Below are positions 17,027 to 26,598 of a DNA stretch of 64,000 nucleotides, one piece after another. Source of the stretch: a virus. Its lineage: Duplodnaviria > Caudoviricetes. The stretch lies in IMG/VR virus record IMGVR_UViG_2671180073_000002, positions 1,356 through 65,355 of that record; one strand, written 5' to 3'. Every line of letters begins with the position of its first letter. The stretch's first letter is position 1. The notes below the pieces were generated by a model. That model searched no databases. It saw only the letters and a list, made by a program, of their open reading frames with translations, and was not told the DNA's origin. A program made the translations under genes and the position numbers.

Positions 17027-17334
17027 AGACCGCCGTACAGGATAGCTCAATCGCGGCTTACCGCGCATTGCCGGTAAAGCAGTTGGCGACTCAGGCGGAT
17101 CGCATCTGCAACATCGTTGAAACGCGCGGCGGTGACTGGAGCCTGTCGGAAATCCAAGCGGTTTACATCTCGATCCACGGCGGGAATATCCAAGTCGGGA
17201 CCGTCTCAGCTCGCGTAAACGAATTGATCGCAGCAAAGAGGCTGGAACGCCTCGAAACGATACGCAGCTGCAAGGTTAACGAGGACCGAGGCATTCACCC
17301 GGTTCGGATTCCGGTTCAGGAATCGCTGCAATGA
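17023..17334 (+). CDS. Winged-HTH-like phage protein
   Basis: SIAAY...TVSARVNEL motif. Confidence 0.6.
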   Translation: MKTAVQDSSIAAYRALPVKQLATQADRICNIVETRGGDWSLSEIQAVYISIHGGNIQVGTVSARVNELIAAKRLERLETIRSCKVNEDRGIHPVRIPVQESLQ

Positions 17335-19835
17335 AGCATCAGGATTACATCGATTTCCTGAGCAAGAAAATTCCGATGGCCTCATTCGATGGCAATGAGA
17401 TTGGGGATCACGAAATCCATCCGATCCTGAAGCCGCACCAACGCGCATGCGTTCAGTGGGCAGTGAAGGGCGGCAACAGGGCGCTATTTGAATCCTTCGG
17501 CTTGGGCAAATCCCTGCAACAGATCGAAATCGTACGCCTCACCCGGCAACGCGTCGGGGGCAAAGCTCTGATCGTCTGCCCGCTTGGGGTTCGTCAAGAA
17601 TTCAAACGCGACGGCGCCATGGTTGGAATAGATTTCCAATTCATTCGCCGGCCGGAAGAGATGGGGGAGGGCGATTTCTACCTCACGAACTACGAAAGCA
17701 TTCGGGATGGAAAACTCGATCCTCGGCTGTTCTCTGTCGTGAGCCTGGATGAAGCCAGCGTACTGCGCAGCTACGGGAGCAAGACATATCAAGAGTTCTT
17801 GCCACTGTTCGCCGGGGTAAAGCATAAGTTCGTTGCCACAGCGACACCTTCCCCTAACCGCTACAAAGAACTGATTCACTACGCAGGCTTCCTCGGCGTT
17901 ATGGACACTGGCCAGGCCTTGACCCGGTTCTTTCAGCGCGACAGCACGCAGGCTAACAACCTTACGCTCTATCCACATAAAGAAAAAGAATTCTGGATGT
18001 GGCTGAACTCGTGGGCGATCTTCCTGCAACGTCCGTCCGATCTCGGATTCTCGGACGATGGTTACGATCAGCCTGATCTGCAGGTGACCTATCACGAAGT
18101 CCGGACTGAGGTTATTTCCGGCGGGTTCGAGAAGGATGGCCAGGGGATCATGTTCAAGGATGCCGCGCTCGGCCTACAGGCCGCCGCTACCGAAAAGCGG
18201 GATAGCCTGGATAACCGTATCGAAAAGATGATGGAGATCATCAACGCCTCGCCCGATGCCCATTTCATTATTTGGCACGATCTGGAAGCTGAGCGTCACG
18301 CTATCCAGAAGGCGCTACCCGAAGCTGTATCCATCTACGGATCGCAAGACCTGGAAAAGCGCGAACAGGCGATTGTCGATTTCTCGAATGGCAAATTCCA
18401 ATACCTTTCAGCAAAGCCAGAGATAGCAGGATCCGGGTGTAACTTTCAGCGCCATTGCCACAAAGCAATATTCCTCGGCATTGGCTACAAGTTCAACGAT
18501 TTTATCCAAGCCATTCACCGCATTAAACGCTTCCTGCAAACCCACGCTTGCGAGATTCACATTATCCATTCCGAAGCTGAGCGGGAAATCCTCAAATCGC
18601 TGCTAATGAAGTGGAAGCAGCACGACAGCATGGTGGCAAACATGACGGAAATCATCAAGGAACACGGCTTGAACCATCTCTCAATGGCCGACATTCTCAC
18701 CCGAACCATAGGCGTCGAACGCCTGGAAGTGCGCGGAGAGCATTTCACGGTAGCGAATAACGATTGCGTCATTGAGGCGCGCCGGCAGGATGAGAACTCG
18801 GTCAGTTTGATCGTTACCTCTATCCCGTTCGCGAATCATTACGAGTACACCCCCAGCTACAACGATTTCGGGCATACCGCGAACAACGATCACTTTTGGG
18901 CGCAGATGGATTTTCTCACGCCGGAACTTCTTCGGGTATTGCAGCCCGGCCGCATGTATGCCTGCCACGTCAAAGACCGGATCCTGTTCGGTAATGTGAC
19001 CGGCGCCGGCGTCCCTACTGTAAGCCCTTTTCATTGCGAAGCCATCATGCATGCGCGCAAGCACGGCTTCGACTACATGGGCATGATCACGGTGGTAACC
19101 GATGTGGTGCGCGAGAACAATCAAACATACCGACTGGGTTGGTCTGAGCAGTGCAAGGACGGTACCAAGATGGGTGTGGGCTCGCCTGAGTATGTGTTGT
19201 TGTTCAGGAAGCCGCAGAGCGATCGGACGCGTGGATATGCAGATGTTCCGGTAACGAAGAGCAAGAGCGATTACACCCGGGCCCGGTGGCAAACGGATGC
19301 TCACGCGTTCTGGCGCTCGAGCGGTAACCGTCAATTGACCGCGGAAGAGATGGCCAGCTACGGACCAGTCAAACTCGCAAAGATGTTCACGGATTACAGC
19401 CTGCGGAACATCTACGACCATCAGTTTCATGTGCGGATCGGGGAAGAACTGGACGCGATGTCCGCTCTGCCTTCTACCTTCATGAGCCTGGCGCCCGGCA
19501 GCCATCATCAGGACGTTTGGCATGACGTAAACCGCATGATCACGCTCAATGGCGCTCAGACTCAGCGAGGCCTACAGAATCACGTATGCCCCTTACAGTT
19601 CGATATTGTTGACCGGTTGATAGAACGGTACTCCAACAAAGGCGAGGTCGTCTACGACCCGTTTGGCGGCTTAATGACCGTTCCTTACCGGGCAATAAAA
19701 CTCGGCAGGAAAGGCCGCGCAAGCGAACTCAACACATCCTATTTCTTTGATGGGGTTCAGTACCTAAAAACCATCGAGAAAGAAATGTCGATGCCTGATC
19801 TGTTCGCATTCGAGCAAGAGGAGGCGATAGCGTGA
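17331..19835 (+). CDS. SNF2-like helicase domain fused to an N4/N6 DNA methyltransferase
   Basis: GLGKS, DEAS, TAT, QAIHRIKRF; then TSIPF and YDPFGG MTase motifs. Confidence 0.85.
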   Translation: MKHQDYIDFLSKKIPMASFDGNEIGDHEIHPILKPHQRACVQWAVKGGNRALFESFGLGKSLQQIEIVRLTRQRVGGKALIVCPLGVRQEFKRDGAMVGIDFQFIRRPEEMGEGDFYLTNYESIRDGKLDPRLFSVVSLDEASVLRSYGSKTYQEFLPLFAGVKHKFVATATPSPNRYKELIHYAGFLGVMDTGQALTRFFQRDSTQANNLTLYPHKEKEFWMWLNSWAIFLQRPSDLGFSDDGYDQPDLQVTYHEVRTEVISGGFEKDGQGIMFKDAALGLQAAATEKRDSLDNRIEKMMEIINASPDAHFIIWHDLEAERHAIQKALPEAVSIYGSQDLEKREQAIVDFSNGKFQYLSAKPEIAGSGCNFQRHCHKAIFLGIGYKFNDFIQAIHRIKRFLQTHACEIHIIHSEAEREILKSLLMKWKQHDSMVANMTEIIKEHGLNHLSMADILTRTIGVERLEVRGEHFTVANNDCVIEARRQDENSVSLIVTSIPFANHYEYTPSYNDFGHTANNDHFWAQMDFLTPELLRVLQPGRMYACHVKDRILFGNVTGAGVPTVSPFHCEAIMHARKHGFDYMGMITVVTDVVRENNQTYRLGWSEQCKDGTKMGVGSPEYVLLFRKPQSDRTRGYADVPVTKSKSDYTRARWQTDAHAFWRSSGNRQLTAEEMASYGPVKLAKMFTDYSLRNIYDHQFHVRIGEELDAMSALPSTFMSLAPGSHHQDVWHDVNRMITLNGAQTQRGLQNHVCPLQFDIVDRLIERYSNKGEVVYDPFGGLMTVPYRAIKLGRKGRASELNTSYFFDGVQYLKTIEKEMSMPDLFAFEQEEAIA

Positions 19836-19880
19836 GCCAAAATTTACAAACCATAAAGAAAGACAAGGTGGAGGTTTAGC

Positions 19881-20720
19881 ATGGCTCGTGCCAGAAATAT
19901 TAAGCCATCGTTTTTTCAGAATGATGTTCTCGGAGAGTTACCGCCCCTAGATCGGCTCGCCTTTATCGGAATGTGGACGATAGCCGATTTTAAGGGATGT
20001 CTTGAGCATAGGCCGAAGAGACTGAAAGCCCAACTTCTGCCTTACGACGACTGCGACTTTGAAGTAATCGCGAATAATCTGGATAAATCTGGATTTGTAC
20101 GGATTTACTCTGTGCAAGGTCAACGCTACATCAAGATTATCAATTTCGTTAAGCATCAGAACCCGCATAAGAATGAGAAGGAAGCGGGCAGCGAGATACC
20201 TGATCTTGATGAAAATGACAATACAATCAACGCGGTAGGTGGACTCGCGATTAATCGCGATAAAAACGGAACTGCTCCGGCTGATTCCCCCTTCCTGAAT
20301 CCCTCTTCCTTGATTCCTGATTCCCCTTCCCTTAATCCCGATTCACTGAATCCCTCAAACCCTAAAAAACCAAAAGCAGATGCACCGCGAGGATCGCGGT
20401 TGCCTGCTGACTGGATGTTGCCGAAGTCCTGGGGGGAATGGGCAGCGAAAAACCGTAAGGATTTATCCGTTCTGGACATCCGGGAAATAGGAGCTTCGTT
20501 TAAAGACCACTGGATTGCACAACCTGGGCGGCAAGGGGTAAAGGCGGATTGGGAAGCTACTTGGCGTAACTGGATCCGGAAAGAGCGGGTTAAGCCTGTC
20601 ATTTCCTTTGCAGACAGAAAGGCCAAAGAAAAGGCGGATGCCGAGGCTGCTGTTGATGCCTGGGCTAATGGCGTTCCGGTTGGCTCCACCTACATCGAAG
20701 GAGAATTCGGCCGTGCGTGA
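19881..20720 (+). CDS. Phage replication initiator
   Basis: MARARNIKPSFF N-terminus; DWEATWRNW C-terminus; internal iterons. Confidence 0.85.
   Translation: MARARNIKPSFFQNDVLGELPPLDRLAFIGMWTIADFKGCLEHRPKRLKAQLLPYDDCDFEVIANNLDKSGFVRIYSVQGQRYIKIINFVKHQNPHKNEKEAGSEIPDLDENDNTINAVGGLAINRDKNGTAPADSPFLNPSSLIPDSPSLNPDSLNPSNPKKPKADAPRGSRLPADWMLPKSWGEWAAKNRKDLSVLDIREIGASFKDHWIAQPGRQGVKADWEATWRNWIRKERVKPVISFADRKAKEKADAEAAVDAWANGVPVGSTYIEGEFGRA
20281..20356. repeat. Iteron-like repeats, probable replication origin
   Basis: Repeated CTGATTCC/CTGAATCC units inside the initiator gene. Confidence 0.65.
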
Positions 20721-21375
20721 TAACGACAAACAGCATTTTGCGAAACTGATGATCGCGACCATGGCGGTTTATGACAAACCGGTCAATCCTGACGTGATCG
20801 GGATCTGGTGGAACGCGCTTTCCGAGCATGAATTCCCGGACGTGAGGGATGCGTTTTCTGCCCACATCAAGCGCGGTGAATTTGCGCCACGACCAGCAAG
20901 CATTATTTCAATCCTGAACGAAATGCGCCCGGATGGCAGGCCTTCTGCAGATGAAGCGTGGGCGATGATCCCGCGAGACGAGGATGCGAGCGTCGTTATG
21001 ACTGAGGAAATGGCAGAGGCGCTACACATTGCGCGCCCACTGCTTGATACCGGAGACCAGATAGCGGCTCGCATGGCATTTAAGGCGGCATATGAGCGGC
21101 TAACCGAAGCGAATAGAAATTCTGGCGTCAAACCAAAGTGGTTCCCATCGCTAGGCCATGACAAGCAGGGCAGGGATGCCGCGATAAATGAGGCTGTACG
21201 GCTCGGCAGATTGGGGTCGGAACATGCCAAAAGTCTCGCCGTAAATCAAGACACGCTTATGGCGCTTGAGGATAAAAGCGGTGTGTCAATGGAGCAGGCG
21301 AAGGCGAATATCGCGAAGATTAAAGCCATGCTGACCTCTAAAGTGGCGCAGAACGTCGATACAGAGGTTGCATGA
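20713..21375 (+). CDS. Replication protein (helicase loader/DUF6475-like)
   Basis: FAPRPA, GRPSADEAWA, AARMAFKAAY, WFPSLG; GTG start. Confidence 0.7.
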   Translation: MRDNDKQHFAKLMIATMAVYDKPVNPDVIGIWWNALSEHEFPDVRDAFSAHIKRGEFAPRPASIISILNEMRPDGRPSADEAWAMIPRDEDASVVMTEEMAEALHIARPLLDTGDQIAARMAFKAAYERLTEANRNSGVKPKWFPSLGHDKQGRDAAINEAVRLGRLGSEHAKSLAVNQDTLMALEDKSGVSMEQAKANIAKIKAMLTSKVAQNVDTEVA

Positions 21376-22682
21376 TTTACGGCTCCGTCTGCTCCGGAAT
21401 AGAAGCGGCCAGCGCGGCCTGGCATCCGCTTGGTTGGAAAGCCGCCTTCTTTTCCGAGATAGAAAAATTCCCATGCTCGGTACTTGACCATCACTACCCG
21501 ACAGTCCCGAACCTGGGCGACATGACAAAGTTTAAGGAGTGGCCTGATGCAATCATCAATGTCCTTGTGGGAGGAACCCCTTGTCAATCATTCAGTATCG
21601 CCGGACTCAGAAAAGGACTGGATGATCCGCGTGGCAACCTCATGCTTACCTATCTTGCCATTGCTGCAAGGTATCGCCCCCGCTTCTTGGTATGGGAGAA
21701 CGTCCCCGGCGTACTGTCCAGTAACGGAGGAAGGGATTTTGGAACCTTCCTTGGAGGGTTGGGGCAACTCGGGTATGGGTTCGCCTACCGCGTTCTTGAC
21801 GCTCAGCACTTTGGAGTTCCCCAGCGGCGCCGTCGCGTCTTCGTTGTCGGATGTCTTGGAGACTGGAGACGTGCCGCAGCGGTACTTTTTGAGCGCCACA
21901 GCCTGTCGGGGAATCCTGCGCCGAGCAGAGAAAAGGGGAAAGGATTTGCCCACGACACTGCGCCATGCCTTACAAGCAGTGGCCGGGGCGTCGAGCGATC
22001 AGGCGACACAAGAGGACAAGACCCGGTTATAGCGGTGGCTGGGCCGCTCACCACAAGGCCATACGCTGATAACGCATCGCAAGAATATAACCTCATCGCT
22101 CATTCCCTACGCGGCGAAGGCTTTGACGCAAGCAAGGATGGAACGGGGCGCGGTACGCCGCTGGTTCCGGTAGCAATTCAAAACGCCACTCGCGGCAAGA
22201 GTCAGAACGGCCTCGGCATCGGTGGCGATGTAATGTTCACGCTGGATCAGGGCTCGCAGCATGCCATCGCCTTCGACTGCAAAGCATCCGGGCAGAATGG
22301 ATTCGGGGTGGGAAACGTTGCTTCAACTCTGCGAAGCATGGGGCATGCCAATTCGCATCAAAACGGCGGAGGACATCAAGCGGTTTGTTTTGCTCAAAAC
22401 ACAAGGGACGAGGTTCGTGAAATGGCGGTTGTAGGCGCCCTTGCCGCACAACCAGGTATGAAGCAAACCAGTTACATAAGACAGTCAATGCAAGTACGCC
22501 GCCTTACCCCGCGGGAATGCGCCCGATTGCAGGGATTCCCTGATGACTACCTGGACATCCTCCACAACGGAAAGCCTGCAGCCGATGGACCGAAGTACAA
22601 GGCATTGGGTAACTCTATGGCTGTTCCTTGCATGGCTTGGATAGGCGAGCGCATCGCCATGGTTAATCGGATAGAGGCGTGA
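21372..22682 (+). CDS. C5 cytosine DNA methyltransferase
   Basis: SVCSGIE, GGTPCQ, WENVPG, QRRRRVF, RRLTPRECARLQGFP, GNSMAVP. Confidence 0.95.
   Translation: MIYGSVCSGIEAASAAWHPLGWKAAFFSEIEKFPCSVLDHHYPTVPNLGDMTKFKEWPDAIINVLVGGTPCQSFSIAGLRKGLDDPRGNLMLTYLAIAARYRPRFLVWENVPGVLSSNGGRDFGTFLGGLGQLGYGFAYRVLDAQHFGVPQRRRRVFVVGCLGDWRRAAAVLFERHSLSGNPAPSREKGKGFAHDTAPCLTSSGRGVERSGDTRGQDPVIAVAGPLTTRPYADNASQEYNLIAHSLRGEGFDASKDGTGRGTPLVPVAIQNATRGKSQNGLGIGGDVMFTLDQGSQHAIAFDCKASGQNGFGVGNVASTLRSMGHANSHQNGGGHQAVCFAQNTRDEVREMAVVGALAAQPGMKQTSYIRQSMQVRRLTPRECARLQGFPDDYLDILHNGKPAADGPKYKALGNSMAVPCMAWIGERIAMVNRIEA
21547..22032 (+). CDS. Overprinted ORF inside the C5 MTase (beta-polypeptide-like)
   Basis: TAAGGAG 7 nt before ATG; SLSDVLE...YFLS...GILRRA.KRGK.LP motif. 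Confidence 0.6.
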   Translation: MQSSMSLWEEPLVNHSVSPDSEKDWMIRVATSCLPILPLLQGIAPASWYGRTSPAYCPVTEEGILEPSLEGWGNSGMGSPTAFLTLSTLEFPSGAVASSLSDVLETGDVPQRYFLSATACRGILRRAEKRGKDLPTTLRHALQAVAGASSDQATQEDKTRL

Positions 22683-22871
22683 AATGGTAACGAATCTCCG
22701 ACTACGCAATAACCAACGGACGGGAATTCAGCGGCCCGAAAGACGCATATCGGCACGGTACTCACATTATCAGCAGGAATGGAAATCGGTACGCGCTATA
22801 TCAAGGGGATCAGATGATCGCAGTTCGCGGATCGGCGGAAGAGTTGAAACGAATGGTGAAGGAGGTGGCAA

Positions 22872-23147
22872 ATGTTGGGATGTAAGCCTAATGATCTAGC
22901 AATGGTGCTGCGAGGGCCCTATTCAGGTCATTTTGTAACGGTTAAGGAATTTATTGGGACTAGCTTGTTGTGGCGCCCCGTGAATACGGCTTATGAATTG
23001 TGGGACAGGTTGTGGAAAGTGGATGCCCCCACTATCCCTTTAAACGGTTTTAGGGTGAACTGCATTCCAGACGAATATCTCTTCCCCATCCGCCCCGGCG
23101 ACCTGAAAGAAGTTGAGGAAACGGAGAAGGAGATTGAGAGTGTCTGA
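22872..23147 (+). CDS. Hypothetical phage protein
   Basis: GGAGGT RBS; CKPNDLA...LFPIRP. Confidence 0.7.
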   Translation: MLGCKPNDLAMVLRGPYSGHFVTVKEFIGTSLLWRPVNTAYELWDRLWKVDAPTIPLNGFRVNCIPDEYLFPIRPGDLKEVEETEKEIESV

Positions 23148-23307
23148 TTTTCAGAAGGGAATTGTTTTTGTGTTGCTCGCGATAGCCGGATGTACCTTTT
23201 CGTTTGCTGTGGGCGTAAATACTACGAAAGGTGTGGTTGCTTCTGATTGTGCGGATTACGGCGCAGTCAAGCTCAACGGCAAATTGTACGAGTGCAAGCT
23301 GAAATGA
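23140..23307 (+). CDS. Small membrane-anchored protein
   Basis: GTG start; hydrophobic N-terminus; C...YEC. Confidence 0.55.
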   Translation: MSDFQKGIVFVLLAIAGCTFSFAVGVNTTKGVVASDCADYGAVKLNGKLYECKLK

Positions 23308-23723
23308 CTGAAATTGCCTTCACTATCCCCGGTACGCCCATTGCCAAGGGCCGTCCACGTTTCGCCCGCCGCGGAAACTACGTCACGGCCTACACTCCCA
23401 AAAAGACAGCAAATTACGAAAGCCTTGTGCGGATATACGCGTCCCAGGCAATGCAGGGAGTCTCTGTAATCGATGGCGCTGTATCGGTCTCGATATGCCT
23501 GTATGTCGCCCCGCCCGCCAGTTGGCCTAAGAAAAAGAGGCTGAGCGCGCTCAATGGCGAGATTTACCCGACAAGCCGCCCTGATGCCGAGAACATAGCT
23601 AAGGCCATCAATGACGCTTGCAATGCATTGGTCTGGGCTGATGACAGCCAGATCGTTGATCAGTTTGTCAGTAAACGGTATTCAGAGAGCGCTCGGGCTG
23701 TTGTGCAGGTGAGGGCGCTATGA
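23304..23723 (+). CDS. rusA: RusA-family Holliday junction resolvase
   Basis: PIAKGRPR, RPDAENIAKAINDA, WADDSQIV. Confidence 0.9.
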   Translation: MTEIAFTIPGTPIAKGRPRFARRGNYVTAYTPKKTANYESLVRIYASQAMQGVSVIDGAVSVSICLYVAPPASWPKKKRLSALNGEIYPTSRPDAENIAKAINDACNALVWADDSQIVDQFVSKRYSESARAVVQVRAL

Positions 23724-24208
23724 GCCTTCCTGCTAAACAGCCAAGCAAGAAGAAAAAGCGCGTAATGCTCCGCGTCATCAAAGGTGGACTCATCCCAGCT
23801 GATCCTTGGGCCGCTTCCGAATTGCGCCAGAAGGGTTACAAGGTCGGCGATGTTCTTGGCGCCGATCTCAGCAAGTTGCGCAATCCAAAATTTAACGGAC
23901 TGGTTCACCGGATCGGCCAGTTGTGCGTAAGGAATATCGGGGAATTCAAGTACAGCGATGCGCATGACGTGCTGAAGAGGCTGCAGCTCGAGGCGAATAT
24001 TGCTTGTGATGAGGTAGCAATAAGGCTGCCAGGCTACGGCATGGCGTTTCACCGGGTGCCGCGGAGCCTGAGTTTCGACTCGATGGACGAGGGCGTCTTT
24101 CACCAGACAGCGAAGGCATTTTGTTCGTACATCGCGGAGACGTACTGGTCGGACATGGATGCAGAGCAGATTGAGGAAATGGCCGAATCTTTCGTGGACG
24201 AGACGTGA
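23720..24208 (+). CDS. Nin-region protein (DUF1367/NinB-like)
   Basis: RNPKF, PRSLSFDSMDE. Confidence 0.6.
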   Translation: MSLPAKQPSKKKKRVMLRVIKGGLIPADPWAASELRQKGYKVGDVLGADLSKLRNPKFNGLVHRIGQLCVRNIGEFKYSDAHDVLKRLQLEANIACDEVAIRLPGYGMAFHRVPRSLSFDSMDEGVFHQTAKAFCSYIAETYWSDMDAEQIEEMAESFVDET

Positions 24209-24504
24209 GCAAGATAACCGAATCAGCCAGGAACGAAGATTGCCAAATCCGGATCCCGGGCATCTGCAATTTCAACCCTGAGACAACCGTATGGTGCCAT
24301 GGCAACGGATCAGCAGCAGGGAAGGGGATGTGGATGAAGGCAAATGACATCCTCGGCGCCTATGGCTGCAGCTCATGCCATGACGTGTACGACCGTCGCG
24401 CGCCTGTTCCGGAAGGGATGACGTACATGGAAGTGAAACTATATTTCTTGGAGGGCTTGATGCGGTCTTTGTTGATCTTGATAAAAAAGGGGCTGGTGAA
24501 ATGA
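24205..24504 (+). CDS. DUF1364/YbcO-like putative nuclease
   Basis: CQIRIPGIC...ETTVWCH...AYGCSSCHD. Confidence 0.85.
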   Translation: MSKITESARNEDCQIRIPGICNFNPETTVWCHGNGSAAGKGMWMKANDILGAYGCSSCHDVYDRRAPVPEGMTYMEVKLYFLEGLMRSLLILIKKGLVK

Positions 24505-24701
24505 TCGGAAAAGGAAAGTTGGCCTTAGCAGCTGCATTTGGTTTATCAGCGACAAGCATTTTTGATCCAATGATTGCAAAAAATGACGGCATTGCACGGC
24601 TCGGCTCAGGCCCTTCCGGATCACCCAAGCGCAACCAAGAGCGATCCATCAAGCGCCAGGCTCAGCGTTCCCGAGTGATTAACAGGATGCGTGGCCGATG
24701 A
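24501..24701 (+). CDS. Hypothetical basic protein
   Basis: Coupled ORF. Confidence 0.45.
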   Translation: MIGKGKLALAAAFGLSATSIFDPMIAKNDGIARLGSGPSGSPKRNQERSIKRQAQRSRVINRMRGR

Positions 24702-24898
24702 AATTCCCCGCGATCCTCGAAGGGTGGAGATACGGAAACCCAGAAAACATCATGGATGGTGTGATCGCGCTAAACCGCCGACATGAGCAACAGGCCGAGA
24801 AACCCAAGTCAGTACGCAAAGACGATTACTACCGCCAGAGTAGATCGATAAAAATAAAAGAGATAGTCAAGAGGGCTAAGAACGGAGGATTTAAATGA
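24698..24898 (+). CDS. Hypothetical protein
   Basis: Coupled ORF. Confidence 0.5.
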   Translation: MKFPAILEGWRYGNPENIMDGVIALNRRHEQQAEKPKSVRKDDYYRQSRSIKIKEIVKRAKNGGFK

Positions 24899-25392
24899 TA
24901 TTTCGCAGCCCGGAGCATGCCCTGAAGTGGGCGTATGAAACAACGAGCAGACCGATCGTTAAAATCTCATCCGTTAACGCGATGCGTGGGGCCTCAGGCT
25001 CGAATAACGATGAGTTGACTGCTCATGATAAGCACGCGCAGGCTGCGTTCATCCTGGCCCTTTGTGAGCGTGTTTTGACCTCGCTGCACATGGCTTATGT
25101 CCAAGCTCAGTTCGGGCGTGACCGGAGCGGATTTGACTTGCTGGTGCGGCACATGGCAACCAACTTCGGGACCGGTATACATAGTCGCCGAGGTATCGAG
25201 CAAATTATCCGATCGTACTGTGGCGAGAAGGGCGGTTTGCGCGAGATTAAGAAATCAATGTCTACCGGATTACTGAAAGCCGCGTCGTTTCGTAACAGGG
25301 GGTATGACGCGCTGGATGCCATTCACGCACAGGCAATGAGCGTTTTGTGGGATGAGATGCAGGGCAGGATGTTGCTGGCTGCCGGGGCGTAA
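24895..25392 (+). CDS. Q-like late antiterminator
   Basis: Last early-right gene, followed by a promoter and tandem terminators. Confidence 0.6.
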   Translation: MIFRSPEHALKWAYETTSRPIVKISSVNAMRGASGSNNDELTAHDKHAQAAFILALCERVLTSLHMAYVQAQFGRDRSGFDLLVRHMATNFGTGIHSRRGIEQIIRSYCGEKGGLREIKKSMSTGLLKAASFRNRGYDALDAIHAQAMSVLWDEMQGRMLLAAGA

Positions 25393-25434
25393 ACAGGGAA
25401 TATAAAATATTTTAACCTCTTTCAAAACAATTGC

Positions 25435-25463
25435 TTGACTCCTTCAGGTACATGATTTATCAT
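25435..25463 (+). promoter_or_regulatory. Late promoter pR'
   Basis: TTGACT-17-TATCAT. Confidence 0.75.
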
Positions 25464-25533
25464 TAATCCCTAGTATCGAGTTTTATTCTCTACCACCTTA
25501 TATCTTGTTAACCCACTGGGTTAACTAAACGGA

Positions 25534-25594
25534 ACCCACCCCTAACCCGGTGGGTTTTTCATTTCTGGCCTGCCAATTTCGGCGGGCTTTTTTT
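25534..25594 (+). terminator. Tandem terminators (tR'-like)
   Basis: ACCCACC..GGTGGGT-T run and CCTGCC..GGCGGG-T run. Confidence 0.8.
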
Positions 25595-25945
25595 ATGGAC
25601 GAAAACAAAATGAACTCCAGGGGCGGAATGGCAGATTTGCGTGCAACGAAGATTCGGGTGGATAGCGGTCTTAACGAAGAGGCCGTAATGCGGGAAAAAT
25701 GCAGCGGCCGCGTATTGGAGAGTCTAGATCATCAGGCCCAGCGGCTCGAAATGCTCGTCACCAGTTTGGAGCAAGCTTTCTTTGGCGTGCTTCGGCCTGA
25801 TTCTGTATCCAACGGCAGCGTTAACGGATCTGAGCCGGCGTTGTCGCCTATGCCAGAGTTTCTGGAACAACTCAATCAGCGCATTAATTCCATCGACTCA
25901 AGTCTGGGCCGTATCCAGTCCATGATCCATCGCAGCGAACTGTAA
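25595..25945 (+). CDS. Hypothetical coiled-coil protein
   Basis: First late ORF. Confidence 0.55.
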   Translation: MDENKMNSRGGMADLRATKIRVDSGLNEEAVMREKCSGRVLESLDHQAQRLEMLVTSLEQAFFGVLRPDSVSNGSVNGSEPALSPMPEFLEQLNQRINSIDSSLGRIQSMIHRSEL

Positions 25946-25952
25946 TCCAGCA

Positions 25953-26345
25953 ATGGGACTGATCCTTGCATTCCTCGCTGTCTTTGCCGTCGGGAACATT
26001 TCAGGCGGGGTCATCATGCATTGGAAGAGCGGCGCCGAGGTTGCGCTGGCTGTGTCTGATAAAGAGAAGGTGGAATCGCGTAACTCAATACTTGAAGCCG
26101 CCAATGGTAACTGCGCCACTGACATCGAAGGTGTGCGGCAAGGCGTGAAAGTGATCACAGATGCCGTGAGTGAGCGCGAAAAGGCGGCAAGCGCCGCAAT
26201 GCGTGATGCCCAGGCGCTGGTCGCGAAGCACAAGGCTGCGGCTGTAGCTATCAAAGCGCTGCCTGTAGTTCCTCAAGCCGAGCAGTGCGAGGCAATTGAA
26301 CGGGAGCAGATCGAATATGTGGCGGCACGACATGCGGCTGAATAG
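25953..26345 (+). CDS. i-spanin (Rz-like)
   Basis: N-terminal TM plus Ala-rich coiled coil; overlaps a lipoprotein gene. Confidence 0.7.
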   Translation: MGLILAFLAVFAVGNISGGVIMHWKSGAEVALAVSDKEKVESRNSILEAANGNCATDIEGVRQGVKVITDAVSEREKAASAAMRDAQALVAKHKAAAVAIKALPVVPQAEQCEAIEREQIEYVAARHAAE

Positions 26346-26598
26346 CGCAATCTTGGCTTTAGCGCTTGCCGGGTGCGCAGGAAAGCCAATCATTGAGACA
26401 AAGATTGTAGACAGACCAGTCCCGGTCTTTTGCGAAGTCACGCTTCCTGCTGAATGCAAAGACGCCTACGCAGTTGACAAAGTGTCCACCAAAGACGACA
26501 TGCTGACATTGAATAGAGCGCTCAGATCAGAAATATACGAACGTTCCGCGTGCGAGGTAATGCTACGTGCCGCAGTGAAAGGTTGTAATAAGCAGTGA
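26332..26598 (+). CDS. o-spanin lipoprotein (Rz1-like)
   Basis: LAGC lipobox; VDRPVPVFC. Confidence 0.75.
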   Translation: MRLNSAILALALAGCAGKPIIETKIVDRPVPVFCEVTLPAECKDAYAVDKVSTKDDMLTLNRALRSEIYERSACEVMLRAAVKGCNKQ

